From positions 4,032,001-4,096,000 of the forward strand of contig CAXXJJ010000004.1 in assembly GCA_963667015.2 (NCBI GenBank): a stretch of DNA of 64,000 nucleotides. Direction: 5' to 3'. Origin of the DNA: Desulfatiglandales bacterium. Its GTDB lineage: Bacteria; Desulfobacterota; DSM-4660; Desulfatiglandales; HGW-15. Under the pieces are notes generated by a model. The model saw only the letters and a list, made by a program, of their open reading frames with translations, did not search any database and was not told the origin of the DNA. This document shows positions 28,493 to 39,600 of this stretch, in pieces; within the stretch, counting starts at the first letter, position 1; each line of letters begins with the position of its first letter. The translations under genes and the position numbers were made by a program.

Positions 28493-28989
28493 TCCTTCTT
28501 GTAAATGATGCCAATATCCTGATTGATCTTCTCAAAACCAATCTGATTGAACAGTTCTTTGGTCTCAATTATGAGTTTCATGTCACGGATTTTGCTGTTA
28601 ATGAAATCCATGAAACAAATGTAATTCAACTGGATGCCGTTATTAAACAGAAAAAGCTTGTCAAATGGAGCTTTGGATTTAAAGAGTTGCTTGAGATCCA
28701 GTCTCTTGAAACGAAATACAAAAAGCTAAGTATTACGGACTGCTCATGTCTCTTTCTTGCAAACAGGCTTTCAGCGACATTGTTGACAGGTGATTCAGTG
28801 TTGCGGGGTATTGCAGAGGATAAAAGAATATCAGTACACGGCACTCTATGGGTTTTTGATGAACTTGTTAAAAATAAACGCATATCTCTTGACAAGGCCT
28901 GTAAAAAACTAAATCACCTGATGGAAATAAACCCCAGACTGCCCTTTGATGAGTGTAATAAACGATTATACAAATGGAAAAAGGGATGA
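28489..28989 (+). CDS. PIN-domain protein
   Basis: VNDANILID, LSITDCS, LLTGD..LR, VHGTLW; 4-nt overlap with the upstream gene. Confidence 0.85.
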   Translation: MILLVNDANILIDLLKTNLIEQFFGLNYEFHVTDFAVNEIHETNVIQLDAVIKQKKLVKWSFGFKELLEIQSLETKYKKLSITDCSCLFLANRLSATLLTGDSVLRGIAEDKRISVHGTLWVFDELVKNKRISLDKACKKLNHLMEINPRLPFDECNKRLYKWKKG

Positions 28990-29033
28990 TAGCAGGCTGC
29001 TAAATAAACTTATATTTCACTTTGTTGAACTGT

Positions 29034-29840
29034 TTATATCCCCATAGCATTTTTAAATTCAAGAAAATCCTTAAAACGATCTTCCGGTTTTTTTTCCAGG
29101 GCAGTCGATATGGCTGCAGCAATCTTTGGAGATACAGATGTGTTTACCCTGTTAACCGGCATTGGTATTTCCTTCCTGTGCCATAACTCTATTTCAGAAC
29201 GGTCGGTAGTATTAAAGGGTTTTCTTCCGGTAAACAGTTCATAAAACATAATGCCCATGGAGTATATGTCAGACCTGATGTTCGCCTTTCCTTCCCTGCT
29301 GAATCTTTCGGGAGAGGAGTAGGCGGTAGACAGTATCTCTGTGACAATATCCTGCGAGTGATCATCAATAACCGCTGCAATCCCGAAATCCATAACCGTG
29401 CACTTCCCGGTTCCATCTATCATAATATTTGAAGGCTTTATATCTCTGTGTAATATTCCCATCTCATAAGCATACTGAAATGCAGCCAGGCATTGAACGG
29501 CAATGCCGATTACCTGTTTAATAGGGATTCGGTTATCGGGCTCACTAAACATTAATTCTTTTAGATCACTACCATCTATGTGTTCCATCACGATTATGCA
29601 GTCAGGGCCGTCTGTGAAAAAATCCAGTAGTCTGCATATATTGGGATGGTCCAGCTTTGACAATATTTCTGCTTCATGAAAGAATTTATTTTTAATTCCA
29701 GGGAGACCAAATAGATGCCGGTTCAGCCTTTTAAGGGCGACAAGATCTCCTGCACGGCTGACAGCCTTATACACATTGCCAAATCCGCCAATGCCTAAAG
29801 TCCCCAACAGCTCATAGTTATTAATTTTATCATTAACCAT
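29034..29840 (-). CDS. Serine/threonine protein kinase (soluble, catalytic domain only)
   Basis: LGIGGFGNVY, VALK, HRDIKPSNI, DFG, SDIYSMG. Confidence 0.93.
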   Translation of the reverse strand: MVNDKINNYELLGTLGIGGFGNVYKAVSRAGDLVALKRLNRHLFGLPGIKNKFFHEAEILSKLDHPNICRLLDFFTDGPDCIIVMEHIDGSDLKELMFSEPDNRIPIKQVIGIAVQCLAAFQYAYEMGILHRDIKPSNIMIDGTGKCTVMDFGIAAVIDDHSQDIVTEILSTAYSSPERFSREGKANIRSDIYSMGIMFYELFTGRKPFNTTDRSEIELWHRKEIPMPVNRVNTSVSPKIAAAISTALEKKPEDRFKDFLEFKNAMGI

Positions 29841-30025
29841 AAAAAATCTTTTGTTTTATGATATCGTAGAAAAAAATCTTTTTCACAGGTAAACAACACC
29901 TGTATCATATATTATTACTTGACAGCAATGCGAGCTTTAAAATATTCTCTCTGTCTGGTTCTGTTTAGGCAGTAATTATATTAATAATTTCAGCAGATTA
30001 AAATTATATTTTTTGTGAGAATTGC

Positions 30026-30817
30026 ATGCATGAAACCAAGAGGGTGCGCTTTCAGGTAGAAGACGAACAACTTACAGCAACAGGCATCTCAGATATCGGT
30101 TTGTTAAGAAATGAAAACCAGGATGCTATTTATCTTGATAAAAACGGTCACTTTGTTCTTCTCGCAGACGGGATGGGGGGACATGAACGAGGAGCCGAAG
30201 CCAGCCAGACAATTATTACTGTTCTTCAGGATTTTTTTCAGCCGGAAATAATTGAAAGAGAGATATTGGATATCACTGCCGTTGAAGGCATTCCGGCAGA
30301 GGTCAGCTCTATTTTTTCATTAATTGAAAAGGGTATAAGAAAATCCAATACTGTTATTTATGAAAAAAACAGGGCAGAGGGGGTTGATAAATACATGGGA
30401 TCAACCCTTGTCGGTGTTGTCTTTACAAAAGATCTTTTTGCAGTCTGGTTTCACGTAGGAGACAGCAGGTTATACCGGTGGAGAGACTCTACTCTTACCC
30501 AATTAACCGAAGATCATTCTGCCTACAGAGAGTGGTTGAATAAAGGCTGTTCAGGTAATGAACCGGGCAGAAATTTTATAACAAGGGCAATTGGTCCAAG
30601 AGAGGGGGTTCTCCCGGATATTAACTGGGAAAAGGGAAGAGAAGGAGATATCTATATCCTGTGCAGCGATGGCCTGAATGATATGATTGGAGATGATGAG
30701 ATATCAGATATAATAGGAAACTCTGAGTCTGTTAACAATATAACCAATAACCTTGTAGATGCTGCCCTTGATGCCGGAGGTTATGACAACATCAGTATTA
30801 TTACATGTGGAATATAG
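30026..30817 (+). CDS. PP2C-family (PrpC/Stp1) protein phosphatase
   Basis: SDIGLLRNENQD, LADGMGG, HVGDSRLY, LCSDGL, GGYDNIS. Confidence 0.93.
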   Translation: MHETKRVRFQVEDEQLTATGISDIGLLRNENQDAIYLDKNGHFVLLADGMGGHERGAEASQTIITVLQDFFQPEIIEREILDITAVEGIPAEVSSIFSLIEKGIRKSNTVIYEKNRAEGVDKYMGSTLVGVVFTKDLFAVWFHVGDSRLYRWRDSTLTQLTEDHSAYREWLNKGCSGNEPGRNFITRAIGPREGVLPDINWEKGREGDIYILCSDGLNDMIGDDEISDIIGNSESVNNITNNLVDAALDAGGYDNISIITCGI

Positions 30818-30836
30818 ATGTTGCGGGCAGGATTAA

Positions 30837-32114
30837 TCATCTGCCGGTTTTCCTGACCTGTTCAGGGATGAGTAACTGCATCGTTATTTTTATACGGGTG
30901 CCTTCATTTTTTCTGCTTTTTATCATTATCTCTCCGCCATGATTGATAATTATCTGGTGAACCATGGTGAGTCCCAGACCAACCCCGGTTGTTTTTGATG
31001 TAACAAATGGATCATAAATAAATTCAATTTCATCATCCTCTATACCTGCGCCCGTATCTGCAATATCAATTAATAAATGGTTTTCCTCTATTTTTAGACT
31101 GATTGTCAGTTGTCCTCCTTTAGTCATTGATTCCAGGGCATTTTCAAAAATATTTGAAAATGCTGTGACCAGCTGTGATTCATCCATGTTTATATCAGGT
31201 ATATTTTCCTCCGCAGATAACTGAAAGACAATATTCTGTTTTTCTGCTTGGGGCTCAAAGGATTTTAATATCTTCTCTATTAGAGGAAGGATATTTCCCG
31301 GTGTCAGGTCTGCGGTCTGTACTTCCGCAAGTCTGTGAACCTGTTTTACGAGCCTTTCCAGTCGGGCAGTTTCTCCAAGTATTATTTCTGTGTACCTGGA
31401 TACTTCCGGGTCATGGCTGTAACTGTTTTTAAGCCGCGATGCGAACCCTCCTATCACCATAACCGGATTTCTTATTTCATGGGCAACGCCATTTACCAGG
31501 TGTCCCATTGCAGCAATTCGTTCTGCCCTTATAAGTTTTTCCTCTGCATTTTTCAGATCAAGGGCTGTTAGTTCGTATTTTTCTTCCAGCCGCTCATAAA
31601 GGCTCGCGTTTTCAATTGCAACGGCTATCTGCACGGCGAGGCTGTTTAGAATCTCCAGATCATATTCATTAAACTGTTCTCCTGTTCTTTTGTTCAGGAC
31701 CAGGATTGCACCGGTTGCCTTTCCGCGCAGCATCAATGGAACACATATCATGTTTCTTGTCTTAAACCCTGTAAGCTGGTCGAATCGGTTGTTGAACCTC
31801 TTTTCGCTGTTAACATCATTGATAATCATTGGGGTGCTTGTTTCTACAACATGCCCGGCGATTCCGTCGCCTATTTTTATCCTGATGTTTTTTATGGGAT
31901 CTTTCTTTTCTCCCCTGGCAAGCCGTATAAAAAGGTCATTTTTCTCATCATCCTTTTCATAGATCGTACTGGCTTCGGCATTGATAAATTCCTCTGCACA
32001 CTTCATTGCGGTATCCAGAACGGTTTCTATTTTAAGAGAAGAGTTAATAAGAGAACTGAATTTTAGAACGGTATTTAATTCACGATAATAGATGTCATCT
32101 TTACAGTCGGGCAT
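30837..32114 (-). CDS. GAF-domain sensor histidine kinase
   Basis: GAF (ICVPL..LNK), H-box AHEIRNP, DTGAGI, GVGLGL. Confidence 0.92.
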   Translation of the reverse strand: MPDCKDDIYYRELNTVLKFSSLINSSLKIETVLDTAMKCAEEFINAEASTIYEKDDEKNDLFIRLARGEKKDPIKNIRIKIGDGIAGHVVETSTPMIINDVNSEKRFNNRFDQLTGFKTRNMICVPLMLRGKATGAILVLNKRTGEQFNEYDLEILNSLAVQIAVAIENASLYERLEEKYELTALDLKNAEEKLIRAERIAAMGHLVNGVAHEIRNPVMVIGGFASRLKNSYSHDPEVSRYTEIILGETARLERLVKQVHRLAEVQTADLTPGNILPLIEKILKSFEPQAEKQNIVFQLSAEENIPDINMDESQLVTAFSNIFENALESMTKGGQLTISLKIEENHLLIDIADTGAGIEDDEIEFIYDPFVTSKTTGVGLGLTMVHQIIINHGGEIMIKSRKNEGTRIKITMQLLIPEQVRKTGR

Positions 32115-32222
32115 TTATATCTCCGGAATAGAGGGATTATATTAATAATACCCTTTTTTAAGATAGCTGGCAAATATACAGAACCCTGTTAAAGGGGATA
32201 GTTGTGTCATACTCTGCTATTA

Positions 32223-33032
32223 TTAGAGATTAAAACTTACTGAAGCCGGAGGTAAAAGATGAGAGATCGGAACCATGGATATGTTTGTTGAGTTTAGTTC
32301 CTGAATAAACAGGTTGACCATTTTTGCCGTTTCAGGAAGTGGATGACCAATGCCTATAGCCTGGCCATGTTTTAATGCACGTAGTTTGAGTTTTTTAAGC
32401 TGCGTGTGTATGAAATTCTCATTCGGAATATTATCAATAAAAACATTTCTTCGGACAGTAGAGATATGCATTGTCTTTGCTGTGTTATACCCCGTTGATC
32501 TACTGGTGGTAAGGCTGTCAACAAAAAACAAACCCTCATCACGTACGACCGATAGAGCCTTTTTCATTTCTGTCCCACATGCAGTAAACCGGGAACCCAT
32601 GTGGTTGTTTATGCCTGTAACATAGGGGGTTTCGGAGATGTTCTCTTTAATTATGTCTGTGATCTTATCCGGAGGGTCTTCTACAAATAATGCACCTGGC
32701 CCGGGATCAATGGTTGGATCAAGTGGTTCCATTGGCTGGTGAAGCATTACCTCATGTCCCTCGCCATGAATTTTTTGAGCAAGAAAGCAGGATTTGCGAA
32801 GTTTGGGAAGGATAGAAAAAGTAAAAGGCGCACCGATGTCTAGAAAGCGGTCCAGACGGGATTCGCTGAAACCAATATCGTCAATTATCAGGGCTATCTG
32901 AGGATTATTGATAGCACATGGGTCTGCATAGGTCTTTGACCAGCACCTTAAACCCAGCAGGCTGCCGGTTAAAAATAAAGCACTTTTAAGTAAAAAGTCC
33001 CGCCTTTTCATCCCCGCGCGTTTATCTGGCAT
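32223..33032 (-). CDS. Divergent polysaccharide deacetylase family protein (Tat-like signal)
   Basis: KRRDFL; IIDDIG, MLHQPMEP, NNHMGS, FVDSLT, IGHP. Confidence 0.9.
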   Translation of the reverse strand: MPDKRAGMKRRDFLLKSALFLTGSLLGLRCWSKTYADPCAINNPQIALIIDDIGFSESRLDRFLDIGAPFTFSILPKLRKSCFLAQKIHGEGHEVMLHQPMEPLDPTIDPGPGALFVEDPPDKITDIIKENISETPYVTGINNHMGSRFTACGTEMKKALSVVRDEGLFFVDSLTTSRSTGYNTAKTMHISTVRRNVFIDNIPNENFIHTQLKKLKLRALKHGQAIGIGHPLPETAKMVNLFIQELNSTNISMVPISHLLPPASVSFNL

Positions 33033-33182
33033 AAAGTTACCTTATAGTTGAAAGCAAAATGAAGAAGTTGAATTTTTGTACAATAATTGGTGGTGTTGGT
33101 CAAGATTAAACCTGTATATTGTATTATGGAAAGTAAACAGAGTTAAAAACCGGGCGGAGATGTCCGCCGGTTGACAATATTC

Positions 33183-33536
33183 TCAGGCAATAATATCTAA
33201 TATGGATCCAAGCATTTCTTCCCGGGTTTTAATAACCGTCAGGTTTGCCTCGAATCCCCTTTGATCTGTTATCGTTCCGGGGATCTCTTCAGTCAAATCG
33301 ACGTTTGAAGGCTGTGCTTCAGAGGCATTTCCTTCATGATTAATTGATTGCAAGTCATTATCGGGATCTACCTTTCGAATTTCTGTCTTTACCCCGCCGT
33401 TTTCTTCTTCCGTGTATATGGCCCGGCTTTTTTTGAAATTTTCTGATTCCGAGTTGGCTATATTATTGGCCTTTACACTGAGACCGGTTCCAAAGGCCTT
33501 CAAAGCAGATAAGTTATTGCTAATTGAAGATATCAT
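33183..33536 (-). CDS. Small flagellar basal-body rod-like protein
   Basis: ANNIAN N-terminal motif and SNVDLTEE...FEANL C-terminal motif. Confidence 0.8.
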   Translation of the reverse strand: MISSISNNLSALKAFGTGLSVKANNIANSESENFKKSRAIYTEEENGGVKTEIRKVDPDNDLQSINHEGNASEAQPSNVDLTEEIPGTITDQRGFEANLTVIKTREEMLGSILDIIA

Positions 33537-33768
33537 ATGTTACTCCTGCATAATATTTCCGCACCTAAAACAGACCAGAATATACATCGGTCAATCTCAC
33601 CTTTTTCTTTAATCCGCATGCAAATTTTGAAATAATAAGCCTCTGTAATCGGTAAAAAATTTGACCACCAACATGTCCTGAAACAATATGAATTTTTTTG
33701 CAAAGGGTAGTAAGATATGGTAGTTATGACATAAATGCTATTATCCTCCGTATGAAGGCGTATATTAA

Positions 33769-34359
33769 ATGAAAAAAGGAAATAACTGGAATGATCACTA
33801 TACTCAGCGGGCAAAGGAGGAGAAATGGCTTGCCAGATCAGTCTACAAGCTTGAAGAGATCGACAGGAAGCAAAGACTGATAAAAAATGGCGATCGAATT
33901 ATGGACCTGGGCTGTTATCCGGGCTCATGGTCCCAGTATCTCCTTAACAAGGTGGGCAAAAAGGGGGAAGTGATCGGTATTGATTTATACGTCCCACAGA
34001 AGATTTCTGCCCCGAATTTCACATTTATTAAAGGAGATATCCTCAACCTTGAAACAGAGCAGATATCAGAGAAGGTGGGGGAAATAGATCTGCTTTTAAG
34101 TGATATGGCTCCAAAAACAACCGGTAATAACATAACCGATTGTGCAAGATCTCTGGAACTTGCATATAAGGCACTTGAAATTGCTGCTATACTGCTCAGA
34201 AAAAACCGTCATTTTTTATGCAAGGTTTTTGAGGGTGAGGATTTTAACGAATTTAAAGATCAGGTTTTAAAATATTTTGAGCAGGTCAAACTTGTTCGTC
34301 CTGCGGCAGTAAGGAAAAGAAGCCGCGAGATTTATCTGCTCGGATTAAAAAAGATATAA
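33769..34359 (+). CDS. rlmE: 23S rRNA Um2552 methyltransferase
   Basis: [31 protein letters not shown]. Confidence 0.93.
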   Translation: MKKGNNWNDHYTQRAKEEKWLARSVYKLEEIDRKQRLIKNGDRIMDLGCYPGSWSQYLLNKVGKKGEVIGIDLYVPQKISAPNFTFIKGDILNLETEQISEKVGEIDLLLSDMAPKTTGNNITDCARSLELAYKALEIAAILLRKNRHFLCKVFEGEDFNEFKDQVLKYFEQVKLVRPAAVRKRSREIYLLGLKKI

Positions 34360-34385
34360 ATAACAGTTACTTTAGGAGGCAACAG

Positions 34386-35132
34386 ATGTCAGGACATAAT
34401 AAGTGGAGTTCTATAAAGCATAAAAAAGGCGCAGCAGATGCAAAAAGGGGAAGAATTTTCACCCGCCTGATAAAGGAAATAACAGTCGCAGCCAGGATGG
34501 GAGGCGGTGACCCGGATGGAAACCCGCGCCTGAGATCTGCTATAATGGCAGCAAAAACAGAAAATATGCCAAAGGACAATATTGAAAGGGCCATCAAGAA
34601 GGGAACCGGCGAACTTGAAGGTGTAAGCTATGACGAAATAACCTATGAGGGATATGGCCCGGGAGGTGTTGCCATGCTTGTTGAGTGCCTTACGGACAAT
34701 AAAAACAGGACTGTTGCCGATATTAAATATATATTTGACCGTCATGCCGGAAATCTGGGTGAACCCGGCTGTGTGGCCTGGATATTTGATAAAAAGGGAT
34801 TGATCTTTTTTGATGGTGACAAGGTTGATGAAGAAAAGCTTCTGGATGTTGCCCTTGAGGCTGGTGCGGATGATGTTAAAGAGGAAGACGGAGGGTTTGA
34901 GGTTTTAATCCCACCATCTGATTTTGAAGCAGTAAAACAGGCCTTTGATGATGCAGGACTGGAATACAGTGTTGCTGAGGTAAGCATGATCCCCCAGAAT
35001 ACTGTAAAGCTGGAGGGAAAAAAGGCTGAACAGATGCTCAACCTTATGGAGGCCCTGGAAGATAATGATGATGTAAATAATGTCTATGCAAACTTTGATA
35101 TCCCGGATGAAGTAATGGAGGCCATAGGCTGA
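34386..35132 (+). CDS. yebC: YebC/PmpR family protein
   Basis: [32 protein letters not shown]. Confidence 0.96.
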   Translation: MSGHNKWSSIKHKKGAADAKRGRIFTRLIKEITVAARMGGGDPDGNPRLRSAIMAAKTENMPKDNIERAIKKGTGELEGVSYDEITYEGYGPGGVAMLVECLTDNKNRTVADIKYIFDRHAGNLGEPGCVAWIFDKKGLIFFDGDKVDEEKLLDVALEAGADDVKEEDGGFEVLIPPSDFEAVKQAFDDAGLEYSVAEVSMIPQNTVKLEGKKAEQMLNLMEALEDNDDVNNVYANFDIPDEVMEAIG

Positions 35133-35614
35133 TGCTTGTGCTGGGGGTTGATCCCGGCTCCAGAATTACCGGTTACGGCCTTTTACAAAAAAAGAATAAC
35201 GTTATTACCCGTGTTGCATCAGGCACAATAGAATCACCGGGGAGTGTTCCCTTTTACGACAGGATATATAAAATCTTTACAGGCATGGTTGATATTATGG
35301 AACAGTATCAGCCGGATGAAATGGCCATAGAGGATGTGTTTTTTGCAAAGAATGTAAAGAGCAGTCTGAAGCTGGGCCATGCAAGGGGCGCGGCATTGAT
35401 AGCTGCTGTAAAATGTAATGTCAGGATTCATGAATATACACCCCTGGAAATAAAGCAGTCTGTTGTGGGTTACGGCCGGGCGACAAAGGATCAGGTCAGG
35501 GCAATGGTTCAGATGATTTTGAAGCTGCCTTCAAAGCTTGGTCCGGATACCTCCGATGCAATTGCTGCGGCAGTATGTCACCTGAACTGGACAAGGTATG
35601 AGAAAAAGAAATGA
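35132..35614 (+). CDS. ruvC: Holliday junction resolvase
   Basis: LGVDPG, AIEDVF, LGHARG, DTSDAIA. Confidence 0.96.
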   Translation: MLVLGVDPGSRITGYGLLQKKNNVITRVASGTIESPGSVPFYDRIYKIFTGMVDIMEQYQPDEMAIEDVFFAKNVKSSLKLGHARGAALIAAVKCNVRIHEYTPLEIKQSVVGYGRATKDQVRAMVQMILKLPSKLGPDTSDAIAAAVCHLNWTRYEKKK

Positions 35615-36216
35615 TTGCTCATTTGAAAGGCCACTTATTAAGCAAGTCCACAGATACCATTATTATAGATAACAACGGGCTGGGGTATGAGGTATTTGTA
35701 CCCCTTTCCACCTATTATACACTGCCGGATGAAGACGGACAGGAAGTAAGCCTTCATATTCATACCCATGTACGAGAGGATGCCTTTGTACTTTTTGGTT
35801 TTAAAACAATCCTTGAAAAGAAGATCTTCCGGCTGCTCATCTCTGTTTCTGGTATCGGGCCTAAGCTTGCAATAAATATTTTATCAGGCATCGGGCCTGA
35901 CTCCCTGCTGGAGGCCATTGCCCAGGGTGATGTGGCAAGGCTTCAGTCGATTCCGGGTGTTGGCAAAAAGACGGCAGAAAGAATATCCCTTGAGCTTAAG
36001 GATAAGGCTCAATCCGCCAGATCTGATTCTAACCTGCCGCCGGTTAAGGTAACCTCCGATGAAGATAAAGAATTAAGGGATGATGCTCTGTCAGCACTTG
36101 TTAATCTGGGCTATTCATCAAAGGCTGCCGGAAAGGCCGTGGATAAGGCATTATCCATGCCCTGTGAAGCAACCCTTGAAATAATTATCACAGAGGCATT
36201 GAAGGCTCTTGCCTGA
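35611..36216 (+). CDS. ruvA: Holliday junction branch migration protein
   Basis: [32 protein letters not shown]. Confidence 0.96.
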   Translation: MIAHLKGHLLSKSTDTIIIDNNGLGYEVFVPLSTYYTLPDEDGQEVSLHIHTHVREDAFVLFGFKTILEKKIFRLLISVSGIGPKLAINILSGIGPDSLLEAIAQGDVARLQSIPGVGKKTAERISLELKDKAQSARSDSNLPPVKVTSDEDKELRDDALSALVNLGYSSKAAGKAVDKALSMPCEATLEIIITEALKALA

Positions 36217-36230
36217 TAACTTTAATACGG

Positions 36231-37274
36231 ATGGACATGGATAACGTTAATGATAGAATAATAGACCCCGAGCTGCAGGATGATGAGATTCCGGCGGAGA
36301 CCAGTCTGAGGCCCACATGTTTTGATGAATATATCGGCCAGGCCGAGGCAAAAAGGAATCTCAAGGTCTATATTGAAGCAGCAAAGGGCCGTTCAGATGC
36401 CCTTGATCATGTCCTGTTCCATGGATCTCCGGGTCTTGGGAAGACTTCCATTGCAAATGTCATTGCCCATGAGCTTGGAGTAAATATCATCAGCACCTCA
36501 GGCCCGGTAATAGAGCGTCCCGGGGATCTTGCCGCAATACTTACAAGCCTGCAGCCAAGGGACGTGCTTTTTATTGACGAGGTCCACAGGCTTAACCATG
36601 TTGTTGAGGAGATTCTCTATCCGGCAATGGAGGACTTTCAGCTGGATATAATAATCGGCCAGGGTCCTTCTGCACGCACAATGAAGATACCCCTTCATCC
36701 CTTTACCCTTGTGGGAGCAACAACACGTACGGGCCTTCTTACCCCTCCCCTGAGGGATCGGTTTGGCGTGATTCAGAGGGTTGAATTTTATTCTGACGAT
36801 GAACTCAAACAGATTATAACAAGGTCGGCCTCTATCCTTAATATCCCCATACAGGAAGACGGTGCCATGGAAATAGCCAGAAGGTCAAGGGGGACACCAA
36901 GGGTCGCCAATCGAATCCTAAGGCGCGTGAGGGATTTTGCCCAGGTTGAAGGTGATGGTGTCATAACAAAAGAGGTGTCAATGCATGCCCTCAATATGCT
37001 GAATGTGGATGAACTTGGCCTGGATAAGATGGACAGGAATATCATGCTCACCATAATCAATAATTATGACGGAGGCCCTATAGGCCTTGATACCCTTGCG
37101 GCGGCGGTATGTGAAGAAAAGGATACCATAGAGGATGTGTATGAACCTTTTTTGATACAAAAGGGTTTTATAAAAAGAACCCCAAGGGGAAGGGTTGCAA
37201 CCAGACCAGCCTACAATTATTTTAAAGTAGAATTCAAGGGCGATAAAGAGGAGACACAGAAAAGACTTTTTTAA
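36231..37274 (+). CDS. ruvB: Holliday junction branch migration helicase
   Basis: [32 protein letters not shown]. Confidence 0.97.
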   Translation: MDMDNVNDRIIDPELQDDEIPAETSLRPTCFDEYIGQAEAKRNLKVYIEAAKGRSDALDHVLFHGSPGLGKTSIANVIAHELGVNIISTSGPVIERPGDLAAILTSLQPRDVLFIDEVHRLNHVVEEILYPAMEDFQLDIIIGQGPSARTMKIPLHPFTLVGATTRTGLLTPPLRDRFGVIQRVEFYSDDELKQIITRSASILNIPIQEDGAMEIARRSRGTPRVANRILRRVRDFAQVEGDGVITKEVSMHALNMLNVDELGLDKMDRNIMLTIINNYDGGPIGLDTLAAAVCEEKDTIEDVYEPFLIQKGFIKRTPRGRVATRPAYNYFKVEFKGDKEETQKRLF

Positions 37275-37334
37275 TTTGGTCAGAGGGTATAAAATAGCAT
37301 TTAATTATCTACATTTTAAAAAAGGAGCAATACT

Positions 37335-38705
37335 ATTTCTGATTTTTCCCAAAACCAGAGCCAGATAACCACCTTTCATATTTTAAAACAGGACAGGAAA
37401 CACCTGAGAAACCAGCTAAGGCTTTATTCCAAGTGGAAAAAAACTGTTCTCATCCTTCCGCTGCTTGCAAGCGAATACACAAAACCTGAAAACCTGCCGG
37501 TTTTTGAGAACATTCTCAAACAGCTTAAGGATATCAGCTACTTATCTGATATTATTTTCGGCCTGGACAGCGCAACAGAAAAGGATGTGATTCAGCTTAG
37601 AGACCTTATCGATAAATACAAGATAAAAAATCATCTTATTCAATGGAATGACGGTCCGGGATTTAAGAGTATATATAACAAACTGAACGATGCCGGCTTT
37701 AAATTAAGCGAACCTGGCAAGGGAAAGAACATGTTTCTCAGTTTTGGAATTGCCATTGCCCTTGGAGCAGAATCCGTTGGTCTGATAGATGCAGACATCA
37801 GGACGTTTAAAAGGACCCAGCTTGATCGTCTATTCTATCCTGTGGTTGTTCTTAATTATGACTTTTCAAAGGCATATTATTCCAGAATAATGGATAAGGC
37901 GTTGTATGGCCGTGTAAAGAGACTGCTGCTGGATCCCCTTCTTCTTGCGCTCAAGAGAAAATTTGCTGAAAGCCGTGAAGAAAAAATGCTTAAACTCATT
38001 GATTTTCTTCTGGGCTTTAATTACCAGCTTTCCGGAGAAGTGGTCTTTCATGTAGATCTGTTAAAAAAAATGCGGTTTGCAACCAACTGGGGGGTTGAGA
38101 TTTTTACCCTCATAGAAGTCTTCAGAAAGGCATCCTCCCCTGCCCAGGTAATGTTTTCAAGGGAACCCTTTGATCACAAGCATCAGGAGGTTTCAAAGGA
38201 AGACAAGGCCAGGGGCCTTAACCGTATGGCAGTAGATATAGTAACCACCCTGATGAACGCCCTTGTAATAGAGGAAGGGCTTGAGATATCGGAGACATTT
38301 TTCAGGGATCTGGCCATAACCTACCAGGCGGTAGCCGAGGAGCAGATAAAAAAATATTCTGATGATGCAGGCTTCAGCAATCTCAAACATGACAGGGATT
38401 ACGAAGAGATAATGGTAAAGGATGTCTTTAGAAACTCTATTTTAACCGCAGGAGAACTTTTAAGCGCACCCTACAGGATGACAGAAAAATTCTTAAGATT
38501 TGTCAATACCCATCCCGAATTTAAGCCCTTTCTTGAAAAGGGGCTGGCAGAAACCATTCTCGAGGTAGAAAGCAAGGCACAGCAGAGTATTTTTGAATTT
38601 CCCCAGACAGTGTCCTGGGAGAGGGTATATAATAAACTCCCGGGAATATCCTATGAACTCATTGAAGTTGTTGAGCAGGAGAAACACCGGTTCTCTCGAA
38701 AATAA
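37335..38705 (+). CDS. Glucosyl-3-phosphoglycerate synthase-like glycosyltransferase (probable ATT start)
   Basis: PGKGKN, IDADI, GRVKRLL, YQLSGE, WGVEI, FDHKHQ; frame open back to ATT 37335 with SD AAGGAG, stop TAA at 37317. Confidence 0.75.
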   Translation: MSDFSQNQSQITTFHILKQDRKHLRNQLRLYSKWKKTVLILPLLASEYTKPENLPVFENILKQLKDISYLSDIIFGLDSATEKDVIQLRDLIDKYKIKNHLIQWNDGPGFKSIYNKLNDAGFKLSEPGKGKNMFLSFGIAIALGAESVGLIDADIRTFKRTQLDRLFYPVVVLNYDFSKAYYSRIMDKALYGRVKRLLLDPLLLALKRKFAESREEKMLKLIDFLLGFNYQLSGEVVFHVDLLKKMRFATNWGVEIFTLIEVFRKASSPAQVMFSREPFDHKHQEVSKEDKARGLNRMAVDIVTTLMNALVIEEGLEISETFFRDLAITYQAVAEEQIKKYSDDAGFSNLKHDRDYEEIMVKDVFRNSILTAGELLSAPYRMTEKFLRFVNTHPEFKPFLEKGLAETILEVESKAQQSIFEFPQTVSWERVYNKLPGISYELIEVVEQEKHRFSRK

Positions 38706-38727
38706 GTCCGCCAGGTTGATATTACGT

Positions 38728-39600
38728 ATGTCCTACACCGAAAAAAATGGAGCAGGTTTACCTTTTTTAATCTTTACAGATCTGGACGATACGCTTCTTG
38801 ATCACAATACATATAAATGGGAAAAGGCCGAAGAAGCCCTTGACTACTGTATTAAAGCCGGCATACCTGTAATTCTTGTTTCAAGTAAAACACGGGCTGA
38901 AATCCAGGTCATACACAGGGCAATGAACCTTGATTTTCCATTCATTTCAGAAAACGGCGGGGGGATTTTTTTCCCTTTGAGCTATGAAAAAGATTTAACC
39001 GGAAGAGAGTTTTGCATATCGAAAGGGCTTATTAAGATTACCCTTGGGGAGCCTTACAGTGATCTGGTCGAACATTTAAAAGAGATATCGGCTGATACAG
39101 GAATAAAGCTCAGGGGTTTTTCACAGATGAGTCAAAAGGAGGTAATGGATCTCACAGGACTGTCTGAGGATCAATATGCGCAGGCGCTTGATCGGGAATT
39201 TGATGAACCCTTTATTGTTGCCGGCCCGGAGGACATTGATACTGCACCCCTGTATGAATCTGCAGTTAAAAGAGGTCTGAGGATTTCAGAGGGCGGGCGC
39301 TTCTTTCACCTCCATGGCGATAGTGACAAGGGAAGAGCAACCGACTGGCTTATTTCATTCTTTAAAAAACAGAATGGACCGGTTTATTCCATAGCACTTG
39401 GAGACAGCCCAAATGATTTCGGGATGTTTGATGTTGTTAATCAGCCTGTGCTGATAAAGTCTGCAAGACGTTTTACCGATATAAATATTAAGGCGAGGTA
39501 TCCGGGTATAATAATCACTGATAAAAATGGTCCCGAGGGCTGGAACGAAGCAGTTTTGGGACTGCTAAGAACAGAAAGGGAGGTTTTATCTGATGTTTGA
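38728..39600 (+). CDS. Mannosyl/glucosyl-3-phosphoglycerate phosphatase (HAD IIB)
   Basis: FTDLDDTLL, SSKTRAE, ISENGG, REFDEP, GGRF, LGDSPND. Confidence 0.88.
   Translation: MSYTEKNGAGLPFLIFTDLDDTLLDHNTYKWEKAEEALDYCIKAGIPVILVSSKTRAEIQVIHRAMNLDFPFISENGGGIFFPLSYEKDLTGREFCISKGLIKITLGEPYSDLVEHLKEISADTGIKLRGFSQMSQKEVMDLTGLSEDQYAQALDREFDEPFIVAGPEDIDTAPLYESAVKRGLRISEGGRFFHLHGDSDKGRATDWLISFFKKQNGPVYSIALGDSPNDFGMFDVVNQPVLIKSARRFTDINIKARYPGIIITDKNGPEGWNEAVLGLLRTEREVLSDV

Larger units (their letters stand above)
6015..29020. mobile_element. Accessory/defence island (boundaries approximate, no integrase seen)
   Basis: Dense cluster of R-M, Fic, RadC, dGTPase, NERD, PIN/IrrE, IS, MITE and repeats between housekeeping blocks; several visibly AT-rich genes. 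Confidence 0.6.

Noticed and set aside
33183..33536. Evidence for a flagellar gene cluster
   Set aside because: A single short orphan rod-like gene with no other flagellar genes nearby.
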